Below, one piece after another: positions 36,600-46,743 of a DNA stretch of 64,000 nt. The DNA is from Bradyrhizobiaceae bacterium. GTDB lineage: Bacteria > Bacteroidota > Ignavibacteria > Kapaibacteriales > Kapaibacteriaceae. Under the pieces are notes generated by a model that was not told the origin of the DNA, did no database searches, and was given only the letters and a program-made list of their open reading frames with translations. Every line of letters begins with the position of its first letter. The first letter of the stretch is position 1. The stretch spans positions 12,568-76,567 of the forward strand of contig JAGFIZ010000066.1 of the NCBI GenBank assembly GCA_024103135.1, written 5' to 3'. The position numbers and the translations under genes are program-made.

Positions 36600-37714
36600 T
36601 GTTTCTTACCTCCGTAAGAAATTCTTGGGTCGGCAACAGAATACAGGATATCGCTAATGAGCATACCCAACAACGTGAGGATGGCGCTAATGGTGAACAC
36701 TGCCATGATCATCGGGTAGTCTCGTGCCACAAGCGCTTCGTATGACAGGAAGCCCATGCCTGGTATGCTAAAGATGGTCTCGACGATAACCGAACCACCA
36801 ACAAGGTTGGGGAGAATTGCAGCCAGCAAGGTGATGATTGGAATCAAGGCATTACGAAGAGCATGCTTATAGATCACAACACGGTTGCTCAGACCCTTTG
36901 CTCGAGCCGTTCGCACATAGTCCTGCCTGATGACCTCTAGCATGGAAGAACGCATTTGCCTGGAGATGAAGGCAAAGTCAACATAGACGTACACAAGCAT
37001 CGGTAGTACCAGGTGGTGTGCGTAGTCGAGCAATCGCTGGAGTGTCGACCATGAGCTATTTGCCGCCATTGAACGGAGTCCGCCCGATGGGAACCACGCC
37101 AGAAACTCTGGATTTGCCAGGAACGTAACGGCAAGCGTACCTACCCAGAAGACGGGTAGCGAGTACAAGGCAAAGACAACAAAGGTGCTGCTCTTGTCAA
37201 ACCACGTCCCTGGATTCGTGGCACTATAGATGCCCAAGGGAATGGCAATGGTATAGGCCATGATGATGGCAAGGATGTTCATCGTGAGCGTCACCGGCAC
37301 ACGTTCCATCATCTTGTCGAAGACTGGACGGTTATCCTTGAAGGAATTACCAAAGTCCGGAACACCCGTAAACCGAGCATTGCCAAAGTTCACTCCGCTC
37401 TCGGTGAATACCGTCTTCATATCAAAACCAAGAAGACCGCCAGTCCAGATCATGTACTGTTGCCACACCGGCTTGTCCAGATGCCACTGCTTACGGATGA
37501 GCTCCGCCGTCTTGGTGTTGATCGTCGAGCGTGCTCCCATGCCCCCTTCCGAACCTTGACCGACCTTCATGGATGCTGGGTCGCCAGGCGCAAGCCGGCT
37601 AATGCCAAACGATACGATGGTGATGATGATGAGGGTGGGGATAAACAGCAACACCCTCTTGACGATGTACTGCCACATTGCTGCGAAGATACTGTCAACC
37701 AGGGCTGACACCAC
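36596..37714 (-). CDS. ABC transporter permease, oligopeptide/dipeptide type (OppB/DppB-like)
   Basis: 372 aa. N-terminal MWQYIVKRVLLFIPTLIIITIVSF is typical of OppB/DppB. Its stop overlaps the start of the downstream permease. Confidence 0.8.
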   Translation of the reverse strand: MVSALVDSIFAAMWQYIVKRVLLFIPTLIIITIVSFGISRLAPGDPASMKVGQGSEGGMGARSTINTKTAELIRKQWHLDKPVWQQYMIWTGGLLGFDMKTVFTESGVNFGNARFTGVPDFGNSFKDNRPVFDKMMERVPVTLTMNILAIIMAYTIAIPLGIYSATNPGTWFDKSSTFVVFALYSLPVFWVGTLAVTFLANPEFLAWFPSGGLRSMAANSSWSTLQRLLDYAHHLVLPMLVYVYVDFAFISRQMRSSMLEVIRQDYVRTARAKGLSNRVVIYKHALRNALIPIITLLAAILPNLVGGSVIVETIFSIPGMGFLSYEALVARDYPMIMAVFTISAILTLLGMLISDILYSVADPRISYGGKKQ

Positions 37715-37798
37715 ATCGAAATACTATGGCAGTGTCCGTTGAGATGCACGTGGGCGCTCGTTGAGCCCAGCGGACGCAACCTCACGACGCTGGTTGTT

Positions 37799-38128
37799 CT
37801 ACATGCAATGGATAAGGTGGCGGACTACGGGTGCACCACCCATGAGGTCGATCGCAACGACGTCGAACCTGCAGGCCTGATCCGTGATGCCGTGGGTGAG
37901 CATGTAGGCCTCGGCCGTGCGGCGAATCCTCTTCTTCTTCGTGGGACCAATGCTGGCTTCGGGGGTACACCACTGTGAGCTTCGGCGATAACGAACTTCT
38001 ACAAAGACCAGCTCCTGTGAATCGCGCATGATCAGATCGATTTCTCCAACCTTCCCATACTTGAAGTTTCGTGTTACAAGGACGTAGCCCAATCCTTCAA
38101 GGTAGTCGCGGGCAATGTTTTCGGCCAT
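37799..38128 (-). CDS. YraN-family (UPF0102) endonuclease-like protein
   Basis: ARDYLEGLGYVLVTRNFKYGKVGEIDLIMRDSQELVFVEVRYR matches the YraN core. The start is taken at MAENIARDYL. Confidence 0.75.
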   Translation of the reverse strand: MAENIARDYLEGLGYVLVTRNFKYGKVGEIDLIMRDSQELVFVEVRYRRSSQWCTPEASIGPTKKKRIRRTAEAYMLTHGITDQACRFDVVAIDLMGGAPVVRHLIHCM

Positions 38129-38225
38129 GGCACCAACTTCGGTGGTAGATGGCCTGGTGGTCTGCTCCGACCTCGACGTGGATATCTCCTTGTTGGTATG
38201 CGTGGGCTGACTTTCGGAGTTTTGC

Positions 38226-38825
38226 ATGATGATTGCTCAGTTACGTGGACAAGTTGTTGCCAAGGGCGGCATGGACGTGGTGGTTGACTGCGGTGGCGTA
38301 GGCTATGCCGTGAGCGTGCCACTCTCCACTCTTGACGTTGTACCTAATGTTGGTCAACCTGTGACATTGCTTACCGTCTTCGTTGTCCGCGAGGATGCGT
38401 TTAGTCTTTATGGCTTCGCAACCGAAGGCGAGCGCGAGGCATTCAAGCTCTTGACATCAATTCAAGGGATAGGGGGCAGGATAGCACTCGGGATACTCTC
38501 GGCGACGAGCATAGCTGAGTTTCAGCGAGCCGTGCTTCAGAACAATCTTCATGCCCTGATGCGACTCCCCGGCATCGGCAAGAAAACTGCAGAACGCCTT
38601 GTTGTCGAGTTGCGAGATAAGGTGATTGCCGTTCCAACTGACGGCTTGCCATTGTCGAGCGGACTCTCGCAATCAACCCAGGATGCCATCGACGCACTCC
38701 AGGCCTTGGGGTATACGCGTGTTGCTGCAGAAAAAGCCGTAAAGGCCGTCGTGTCATCGCCAGACTATTCCACCACGCAATCAAGCGAAGAGATCATCCG
38801 TCTAGCACTCCGCATGCAGCAGTAA
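38226..38825 (+). CDS. ruvA: Holliday junction branch migration complex subunit RuvA
   Basis: 199 aa. MIAQLRGQV...GVGYAVSVP...HhH motifs LLTSIQGIGGRIALGIL and LMRLPGIGKKTAERLV. Confidence 0.9.
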   Translation: MMIAQLRGQVVAKGGMDVVVDCGGVGYAVSVPLSTLDVVPNVGQPVTLLTVFVVREDAFSLYGFATEGEREAFKLLTSIQGIGGRIALGILSATSIAEFQRAVLQNNLHALMRLPGIGKKTAERLVVELRDKVIAVPTDGLPLSSGLSQSTQDAIDALQALGYTRVAAEKAVKAVVSSPDYSTTQSSEEIIRLALRMQQ

Positions 38826-38835
38826 GCTGAATTCC

Positions 38836-39639
38836 ATGAGACCCTTGTTGATCATACCGGCAATAGACCTGACAGGTGGACATTGTGCGCGGTGCATCCT
38901 TGGTGAGCCGGGTACGGAATTGCTGTACCAGGATTTCAGTGATAAACCCGTTCAACTCGCAAAGCTCTGGCGACGAGAGAATGCCAAGTGCATCCACGTT
39001 ACCGACACCGATTCCTTTGCTGGTAGGGACGACTCAGCAACGTTGGAAACAGCACTACAAATGCAACGCTCGATCGACATACCTATCGAGCTTGTGACGT
39101 TGCAGCGTGATGTTGCCGTGCTCCGTGAACTGCTCAACGCCGGAATCTATCGTGTTGCGGCTAATGCAATCCTTCAGAGCAATCCCGACGGTGCAAGGCA
39201 GCTCATTGCAGAGTTCGGTAACAACCGCCTCTGCTTTGGCGTACGCGCTCACGCCGGAATCGTCGAAATGGACCATGGCGAAACCATGTCCGACGTAGAC
39301 ATGATCAAGCTCATTCACACCCTTGGGGGTGTACGAGTGATCTACTCCGAAAAGGATTGGGAGGGGGCGCTGTCCGGACAAGACATTAACATCGTTCAGC
39401 GCGTAGCGGCATCAGCTCCAGTACGCTTTACCATGGCTGGTGGCATTGCCTCACCACAGCAATTGTGGGAGTTACAGCGAAGTGCACCAAGGAATGTGGA
39501 CAGTGTGGTCATCGGAAGGGCTCTCTACGAAAACCGTTTTCCCTGTCAGCACATCTGGCGTATAGCCGAAGCCAAGCTAGAGCCAAGTATTCAAACGCAA
39601 AACGACGACGGCGTGCAGAGTACGATTAGTGGCCTCTAG
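38836..39639 (+). CDS. HisA/HisF-family TIM-barrel protein (ProFAR isomerase-like), standalone
   Basis: N-terminal IIPAIDLTGG (catalytic Asp position) and C-terminal MAGGIASPQQL phosphate-binding-like motif. Diverged, and no other his genes nearby. Confidence 0.55.
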   Translation: MRPLLIIPAIDLTGGHCARCILGEPGTELLYQDFSDKPVQLAKLWRRENAKCIHVTDTDSFAGRDDSATLETALQMQRSIDIPIELVTLQRDVAVLRELLNAGIYRVAANAILQSNPDGARQLIAEFGNNRLCFGVRAHAGIVEMDHGETMSDVDMIKLIHTLGGVRVIYSEKDWEGALSGQDINIVQRVAASAPVRFTMAGGIASPQQLWELQRSAPRNVDSVVIGRALYENRFPCQHIWRIAEAKLEPSIQTQNDDGVQSTISGL

Positions 39640-39689
39640 AGCGTAATTGATCGACCAGAACAACGGATGGCAATGTTGCTAGCCTATCG

Positions 39690-40280
39690 CTATCGAAGTG
39701 CGTAGACGATACCGGCTTGAACACCAAACATGCTGATCTGATCGAACGTATAGGTGCGGAACCACCTTCCAGAAACATCGGCGTCCATAACCTCGGAGAT
39801 CGGTACGAGGATCCCAGCCGTGACGCCAACACTCAGACTTACCTCATTCAACCCATCAATCTTGATCGGCTGGTTGGCCACGACCTCATCGGCAAAGATC
39901 AACCCCATCCCGGCATCTACGCTCACGTATGGTTCGATGGAATTCGATCGAAGGCGATACATCGTTGTTGCGTAAATGCCAACGTGTGTGAGGCCGTAGT
40001 CTGAATAGTCATAGGCCGCCGTTTTTCCGAGCGTCATCCTTGTCCACGTACCCTTCACACCAACATGCATCTGTGTCCTGACCCGATACAGATAACCCAA
40101 CGACAGTCCGAGTGAGGCATTGGCACCGGTACTATCGGCTAGCTCACCCTGTGGCCAGGCATAGCTGAGAGCGCCTGCAAAAAAATGGTGTGGCGTGGCA
40201 GCACGGGCGGTCTCTTGACCAACGCACCATGTACACAGCAGAACGGTAAGTATTGCCAGGGTTGAACGCATCATACCCAA
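39690..40280 (-). CDS. outer-membrane beta-barrel protein (OmpW/OmpA-like porin family), hypothetical
   Basis: Signal peptide. Alternating hydrophobic beta-strand pattern with aromatic girdle residues. Confidence 0.45.
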   Translation of the reverse strand: MGMMRSTLAILTVLLCTWCVGQETARAATPHHFFAGALSYAWPQGELADSTGANASLGLSLGYLYRVRTQMHVGVKGTWTRMTLGKTAAYDYSDYGLTHVGIYATTMYRLRSNSIEPYVSVDAGMGLIFADEVVANQPIKIDGLNEVSLSVGVTAGILVPISEVMDADVSGRWFRTYTFDQISMFGVQAGIVYALR

Positions 40281-40344
40281 ACATACAGAATTGGTTTCAT
40301 CGTATGTTTGCTTGGTTTACAACGACATTGCGAATCGGAGTATC

Positions 40345-42120
40345 ATGCCCCTGATTTACATCGACGGCAAACAGTATGAGGCCCAGGCCGGGCAATCAAT
40401 CATCGAAGCTGCAATGCAGCACGGTATTGTCATACCGCACTTCTGCTGGCATCCAGCGCTTTCTGTAGCGGGGAACTGTCGGATGTGCCTTGTAAACGTA
40501 GGCACGCATAAGAAGGATCAAGACGGCAATCTTCTATATGACGAAGGTGGTGCACCACAGGTAAACTGGATCCCGAAGATGCAGATTGCCTGTGCAACGC
40601 CTGTGGCAGAAGGAATGGTTGTTGATCTAGCCAGCAACAAGACGGAAGATGTGCAGAATGCCGTGATGGAGTTCTTGCTGATCAACCACCCGCTGGACTG
40701 TCCGATTTGTGACGAGGCGGGTCAGTGCAAGCTTCAAGAGTATGCCTTCACCCACAGCACCGGTAAGAGTCGATTCGACGAAGAAAAAACACACAAGCCA
40801 AAGCGTGTGGAGTTTGGTCCAAACGTCATGTTTGACGGCGATCGTTGCATTGCCTGTTCACGCTGCATTCGGTTTGCTAGTGAGGTCGCCAAACAACCAG
40901 CTCTCACGTTTGTCCAGCGTGGTGATCGGGTGACGATTCAGACGTTCCCCGGAACGAAATTCGACAATCCATACTCGATGAATGTGATTGACATTTGTCC
41001 GGTTGGTGCCTTGACGAGCATTGATTTCCGCTTCAGAGCTCGCGTATGGGAAATGAGCTTCACGGATAGCGTTTGCCCAGGCTGCGCTCGTGGTTGCAAC
41101 ATCAAGGTAGGCGTCATGAACAACCAGGTTCTACGCCTTGAACCACGCACCAATCCACACGTCAACGGCTACTGGATGTGCGACCCAGGAAGACTCACGA
41201 CGCCAGGCATCGTCAACAATGCCCGTGTTATGGAGCCCCTTATCCGCCGAAACGGCATGCTGGAAACGGCAACATGGGACGAAGCAACGACGGCCGCCGC
41301 AGAGTTGCTGCGTGGCGTGCAGCCAAGCAAGATCATGGTGCTTGGTAGTGCCTTGGCAACGAACGAGGACAACTATGCCTTGGCGCGGTTTGCTCACGAG
41401 GTGCTGAAGACGCAGAATGTCGACATGATCAAGCATATCGATCAAACGTTTGCCGACGATATGCTTCGTGTGAGCGAGACGGCACCAAATGCCATCGGTG
41501 CACACAGCGTGGGCATTGCTCCAGGGAATGGTGGACATACCGTGGATGCGCTCACCGATCGTATTGCACGTGGTGATGTAAAGGCCGTCATCGTGATGGC
41601 CGATTCAGCCGAGAATCACAGCGAAGCCCTTGCCGCCGCCCTCGCTGGCGTCGACACCGTGATCGCCATCACGCCTCACATGTCCGTTACTGCTCAGTCA
41701 GCTGCCGTGGTACTACCAATGTCGACCTTTGCAGAAACCGAAGGCACATTCACCAACCTCACCCATCGTGTACAGCACTTTAAGCCAGCCGTTGCTACCG
41801 TTGAAACGGCACGGTACATGGGCATGAAGATGAGTCGTTGGGACAAGTATGGCTCCCATAACGACCGTTGGAACAAGGGCGAGAGAAGAAATTGCAGGTC
41901 AGGATGGCACATCATCCAGGATCTTGCAACGGCCTTGGGTGCCTCGTGGGGCTTTGGCTCAAGCAAGGAGGTGTTTGACCACCTTGCACAACACGTTGCT
42001 CCGTTCAAAGGACTCAGCTATGAGGGAATGGATAAGGGGCTAGGTCAGACGCTTGGTAGCAATGGTCACGGTGACGAAACGCCGGTGATCTATGAGAGTT
42101 TTACAATGAAACCGCAGTAG
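40345..42120 (+). CDS. nuoG: NADH-quinone oxidoreductase subunit G (short form, about 591 aa)
   Basis: N-terminal 2Fe-2S ferredoxin fold (CRMCLV), HPLDCPICDEAGQC, and CIACSRCIRF 4Fe-4S motifs, then a molybdopterin-oxidoreductase-like domain. The start is trimmed to MPLIYIDGK. Confidence 0.85.
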   Translation: MPLIYIDGKQYEAQAGQSIIEAAMQHGIVIPHFCWHPALSVAGNCRMCLVNVGTHKKDQDGNLLYDEGGAPQVNWIPKMQIACATPVAEGMVVDLASNKTEDVQNAVMEFLLINHPLDCPICDEAGQCKLQEYAFTHSTGKSRFDEEKTHKPKRVEFGPNVMFDGDRCIACSRCIRFASEVAKQPALTFVQRGDRVTIQTFPGTKFDNPYSMNVIDICPVGALTSIDFRFRARVWEMSFTDSVCPGCARGCNIKVGVMNNQVLRLEPRTNPHVNGYWMCDPGRLTTPGIVNNARVMEPLIRRNGMLETATWDEATTAAAELLRGVQPSKIMVLGSALATNEDNYALARFAHEVLKTQNVDMIKHIDQTFADDMLRVSETAPNAIGAHSVGIAPGNGGHTVDALTDRIARGDVKAVIVMADSAENHSEALAAALAGVDTVIAITPHMSVTAQSAAVVLPMSTFAETEGTFTNLTHRVQHFKPAVATVETARYMGMKMSRWDKYGSHNDRWNKGERRNCRSGWHIIQDLATALGASWGFGSSKEVFDHLAQHVAPFKGLSYEGMDKGLGQTLGSNGHGDETPVIYESFTMKPQ

Positions 42121-42132
42121 GGAATACAACGC

Positions 42133-43182
42133 ATGGACTGGATACAACTCGCCATCATTCTCATACAGGCAGGCATCCTGGTAAACATGATGCTCATTGG
42201 TGCTGCATACATGGTTCTTGCCGAACGGAAAATCGCTGCTTGGATTCAGAACCGAATCGGACCCAATAGGGTGGGCCCATGGGGGATGCTGCAATCATTT
42301 GCCGATGTGTTCAAGCTCTACCTCAAGGAGGACATCGTCCCCCTTGCAGCATCAAGACAGTTTCATGCCCTTGCTCCTGTGATTGCGATTGGCGTAGCCA
42401 TTACGGTGTATGCCATTATTCCATGGAGCGGACCCTTCGTTACCATTGATGGTGTGAAGTATGGTCTTGCCATGGCACCGGACATGAACGTGGCACTCTT
42501 GATCGTGCTGGCCATGACGTCGGTAGGCGTCTATGGCGTTGCTCTTGCAGGCTGGTCTTCAAATAGCAAGTATTCATTGCTTGGCGGACTCCGTTCGGCG
42601 GCCCAGATGATTTCCTATGAGTTGGCAATGGGTCTGTCGGTAGTAGCAGTAGTTCTGGTTAGCGGGTCGCTGAGTCTTGTTGGAATCATTGATGCGCAGA
42701 TTGCCAATGGTTGGAACGTCTTCTATCAACCACTCGGCATCATCATCTTCTTGATCTCTGCCTTTGCGGAAACCAACCGGGCACCGTTCGACCTGCCTGA
42801 GGCAGAACCAGAACTTGTTGGTGGTTACCATACCGAGTACAGCGGCATGAAGTTCGGCCTACTCTACCTAGCGGAGTATGCCAACATTCTTGCTTCCAGT
42901 GCCATCATTGCAACGATCTATTTGGGCGGCTGGGACATCCTGCCGTTTGTTGACGAAGCAAGCTTGTTAGGACTTGATCCTACGTCGGTTCCAATGGTTC
43001 TGATCGGACACGTTGTCTTCTTGTCGAAAGCACTGTTGTTCGTATTCATCTTCATGTGGGTGCGTTGGACGCTTCCACGTTTCAGGTACGACCAACTCAT
43101 GAATCTTGGCTGGAAGATCCTCCTACCACTGGCCTTGGCTAACATTGCCATTACAGGAATTGTGTTGCTACTCATCGGATAA
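42133..43182 (+). CDS. nuoH: NADH-quinone oxidoreductase subunit H
   Basis: LAERKIAAWIQNRIGPNRVGPWGMLQSFADVFKL is the NuoH/ND1 signature. 8 TM. Confidence 0.9.
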   Translation: MDWIQLAIILIQAGILVNMMLIGAAYMVLAERKIAAWIQNRIGPNRVGPWGMLQSFADVFKLYLKEDIVPLAASRQFHALAPVIAIGVAITVYAIIPWSGPFVTIDGVKYGLAMAPDMNVALLIVLAMTSVGVYGVALAGWSSNSKYSLLGGLRSAAQMISYELAMGLSVVAVVLVSGSLSLVGIIDAQIANGWNVFYQPLGIIIFLISAFAETNRAPFDLPEAEPELVGGYHTEYSGMKFGLLYLAEYANILASSAIIATIYLGGWDILPFVDEASLLGLDPTSVPMVLIGHVVFLSKALLFVFIFMWVRWTLPRFRYDQLMNLGWKILLPLALANIAITGIVLLLIG

Positions 43183-43185
43183 ATC

Positions 43186-43686
43186 ATGGCGAACATCAAA
43201 GAGAACATCGAGTCACAACGACTAAACTTCTGGGAAAGAATTTACCTGCCGGAGATTGCCAGGGGGCTTGGACTCTCGCTTAGGCAGATGTTTAGACCAA
43301 AGTTTACACGCCAGTACCCCGAGGAGCGGTGGACGCCTGAAGGATCATACCGTGGCAGACCAGTGTTGGTCTTGGAAGACGATGGCGAACGTTGCGTTGC
43401 CTGTGGCTTGTGCGCACGGGTATGTCCACCACTTGCCATCGAAGTTCGTGCAGCCGAGACCGAACGTGAGAAGGAACGGTATCCCGAAAAGTTCGAAATC
43501 AACATGTTGCGCTGCATCTTCTGCGGCTTCTGCGAAGAAGTCTGTCCAGAAGAAGCCATTGTCATGAGCAAGGACTACGAACTGGTCTTTGGCTCACAGC
43601 CAGAGGGCATCCTTGGTATGGACAAGCTCCTGGTTCCGGTAAGTCAGTTGCAGGAGCGCCTAGAGTTCTTGCGTCAGTGGCGCTAA
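43186..43686 (+). CDS. nuoI: NADH-quinone oxidoreductase subunit I (2x[4Fe-4S])
   Basis: Two CxxCxxCxxxCP motifs ([24 protein letters not shown]). Confidence 0.9.
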   Translation: MANIKENIESQRLNFWERIYLPEIARGLGLSLRQMFRPKFTRQYPEERWTPEGSYRGRPVLVLEDDGERCVACGLCARVCPPLAIEVRAAETEREKERYPEKFEINMLRCIFCGFCEEVCPEEAIVMSKDYELVFGSQPEGILGMDKLLVPVSQLQERLEFLRQWR

Positions 43687-43739
43687 TGCACCGCTGATTT
43701 GCGCCTTGCGTTGAATCGGTTGTTGTGAAATGAGCTAGA

Positions 43740-45047
43740 CTAGCTTTGCCCGATTTCGCGTAGCAAGGCCTGACGTTCAATTTCCAGTTGTCGGATCTTC
43801 CGCTCGATCGAGTCCAGCTCTTCGGGCATTGAATCAATTTCAATACGCAGTTTCGATGCGGCCTCGTCAACAAGGTCAATGGCCTTGTCAGGCAGGAACC
43901 GGTCCGTGATGTACCGACTACTCAGTTGCGCTGCGGCAACGATGGCTGCATCGGTAATCCGCACGCCATGATGCACCTCGTAGCGTTCCTTGAGTCCGCG
44001 CAAGATGCTGATGGTATCGTCAATCGTTGGTTCGGCAACAAACACCTTCTGGAACCGGCGCTCCAGTGCGGGGTCCTTTTCGATGTGCTGACGGTACTCG
44101 TCGAGCGTTGTCGCACCAATGGCACGGAGCTCGCCACGGGCTAACGCTGGCTTGAGGATGTTGGCAGCATCCATGGCACCTTGTGTGGCACCGGCACCGA
44201 CCAAGGTATGAAGCTCGTCGATGAACAGGATGAATTCTCCGTTACTGTCGGCAACTTCCTTGATGACTGCCTTGAGGCGCTCTTCGAATTGACCTCGGTA
44301 TTGCGTCCCGGCAATCAGTGCTCCCATGTCAAGGGCAAACACCGTCTTTGTCCGCAATGACTCAGGTACATCTTGCGACACAATGCGCTGGGCAATGCCT
44401 TCTACGATTGCCGTCTTTCCGACGCCGGGCTCTCCGATGAGTACGGGGTTGTTCTTGGTTCGGCGTGAAAGCACCTGAAGCACCCGCCTGATCTCGTCCT
44501 CCCTGCCAATTACCGGATCGATCTTTCCCTTCGTGGCTTCTGCATTCAGATTGCGTGCATACTTCTGGAGCGACTGGTAGGCATCTTCGGGGTTTTGACT
44601 GGTGACCCGTTGATTCCCTCTAATCTCCGCAAGAACCTTGAGGATGTTGTCCTTGGTTATTCCCTGGTCCTTAAGCAACGTCCCAGCGGACGATCGGTGT
44701 TCTGCCAGTGCGATGAGCAGGTGTTCGGTTGATACGAACTCATCCTTCAACTGCGATGCCTCCTTGAGGGCCAGTTGCAAGATGGCCTGTACGTCGGACC
44801 CCACGTGTGTACCAGCTACGCCAGCAACGGTAGGCATCTTTTCGATGCCTTCCTGGATCTTCTGACGCAGGTAGTTCATGTTCGCCCCAAGCTTGTTCAA
44901 GATTGGTGGAACAATGCCCGAGGCATCCTGCATGGTTGCCGAAAGCAGGTGGATGGGTTCGAGCGTCTGGTGGTTGGATTCGGTAGCAAGGTGTTGTGCC
45001 TGCTGTAGAGCTTCTTGTGCTTTTAGAGTGAGCTTGTTGATGTTCAT
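43740..45047 (-). pseudogene. clpB: clpB-like gene encoding only the N-domain, AAA module 1 and the start of the coiled-coil M-domain (435 codons). The 3' half is absent.
   Basis: Clp N repeats. Walker A GEPGVGKT. Walker [10 protein letters not shown]. The M-domain begins [30 protein letters not shown], then an in-frame TAG. Only about 50 bp separate this stop from the nuoI 3' end, and no NBD2-coding sequence follows in any frame. Confidence 0.55.
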
Positions 45048-45091
45048 CGTTAGTCCTTTGTTATAGGTGTAAAGACGAACGTATGTGCTGT

Positions 45092-45865
45092 TTATGGCTG
45101 TCCTACCAGGGTGCGGACGACCTCTTGGTACTGTGTCGGCTCGATATTCAAGGCGCCCTCCGCAGGGTGGTCGAAAGAGTAAATCAGAATCAGGATCGAC
45201 GCGATCGTGGCTGCAACGGATGCGAACAACACTGCATGGACGGCTAGACTCAGTGGATCAAAGGCAACGAGGAAGAGGATCATGAAGAGACCGCCAGAAA
45301 CTAGGATGACCCACATCATCGTGTTGATCTTCTCTCTCATCAGACCAAGCCGTTCCATACGTGCCTGCTGTAACACGTCGAACTTGTCAACCAACAACTG
45401 CTCTACCACTGAAACTGATGAGTCGCGCTGCACCAGAACCGTCAATGTTCTCCACATACTGTCGAGACTCGACTCCGAGTGCATCAGCGTCCGCGCATCA
45501 TCGTCCCATTCCTTCGAAACCACATGCTCCGCATAGGTCCTCACCGAATGCTTGATCGCTGATGCTTCACTGCTGGAAAACATCGTGGTGATCCGTGCGA
45601 TAGCCAGAAGAGCCGAAGCCTCCTTCTCGATTGCATGGTTAAGGTCAACATGTCGTTCAAGACCATTTACCGTAACCAGTCCTAGGACGATACCATACAG
45701 CACACCTGTATTCAGGTAAGCCGTGGATGACACCTCATGGGCCTTCCTAAGAGTTTCCTTCGACAAGGTGCGGCTAAGCCAGGAGCGGCAAAGGAGTCCT
45801 GCACCTGCCGAAAGCGCGGCAGTCACCAGAACAACTAGCCACCAGGGTAACAGTGAAAATATCAT
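45092..45865 (-). CDS. hypothetical integral membrane protein (DUF4239-like)
   Basis: N-terminal and C-terminal TM helices with a central soluble region. No catalytic motif. Confidence 0.4.
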   Translation of the reverse strand: MIFSLLPWWLVVLVTAALSAGAGLLCRSWLSRTLSKETLRKAHEVSSTAYLNTGVLYGIVLGLVTVNGLERHVDLNHAIEKEASALLAIARITTMFSSSEASAIKHSVRTYAEHVVSKEWDDDARTLMHSESSLDSMWRTLTVLVQRDSSVSVVEQLLVDKFDVLQQARMERLGLMREKINTMMWVILVSGGLFMILFLVAFDPLSLAVHAVLFASVAATIASILILIYSFDHPAEGALNIEPTQYQEVVRTLVGQP

Positions 45866-46121
45866 GAACTTCTACCTCTAATTGATGAGACTTCAACGAA
45901 GCTTCGAGATAGGGGAATGGTAGAACCAACAATGATGGATAGGCCTACCAGTACAGGAGTATGGTCGGGTGACTCCGACGGTATTGCACTACTGATTTGC
46001 CGACGTATTGCTGTGGTCAGAGTCAATCCTACAAGTCAACACGAGTCAACAAGATGTCAACACGATAAAGATGCAGAAGAAAAGTCTCACATCAATTTGT
46101 CAGAGCGGATATTTTCGCGGG

Positions 46122-46571
46122 ATGACCTTTACGCCAAAGCACGACCGTTTCAGGGAAGTGATCCTCAAGCACCTGGAACGTCAGGAATTCATGAAGCACA
46201 TCGGTTGTACGCTCACGACGATCGAACCGGGCTATGTAGAAGCAGTCATCGACTTACAGCAACACCACCAACAACAGATAGGCCTTGTTCACGGTGGAGT
46301 CACCGCCACCATTGCCGATGTAGCTGCCGGCTTTGCCGGCTTCACGCTAGTAGGCGAGCATGAGCACACCGTAACGGCAGAGATCAAGGTCAGCTACCTC
46401 GCGAAAGCCGTTGGTAGCCGACTCCGTGCCGTAGGACGTGTGGTTAAGGCCGGACGCATGATGCACTTTTGTGAAGCCGACGTGTATTGTGAGGTGGAAG
46501 GGGGCTCTGAAGTACTCGTTGCCCGCGCAACCACGACCATGGCCGTAATCACGCCGTCCAAAGCCCCCTAA
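46122..46571 (+). CDS. PaaI-family hotdog-fold acyl-CoA thioesterase
   Basis: About 149 aa. GLVHGGVTATIADVAAG is the PaaI/YbgC hotdog motif. Confidence 0.7.
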   Translation: MTFTPKHDRFREVILKHLERQEFMKHIGCTLTTIEPGYVEAVIDLQQHHQQQIGLVHGGVTATIADVAAGFAGFTLVGEHEHTVTAEIKVSYLAKAVGSRLRAVGRVVKAGRMMHFCEADVYCEVEGGSEVLVARATTTMAVITPSKAP

Positions 46572-46743
46572 CATTCTTTGCTTGAACCTGCCAATGCCTC
46601 TCGGCATTGCTTGAAGCTAACGAGCACGTGCTACCAACCATTAGCTAGCATCATCAGGTACCGATCACCATACTGATCATCTGTTCACAATCACCAGCGG
46701 GGTAGCTCCGTCATGGTGAACTGTTTCATTACTAAAGAACACT

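Noticed and set aside
40345-42120. nuoG as a truncated pseudogene (591 aa versus about 900 aa in E. coli)
   Set aside because: The reading frame ends cleanly 12 bp before nuoH. Short-form NuoG/Nqo3 proteins lacking the C-terminal extension occur in several bacterial lineages.
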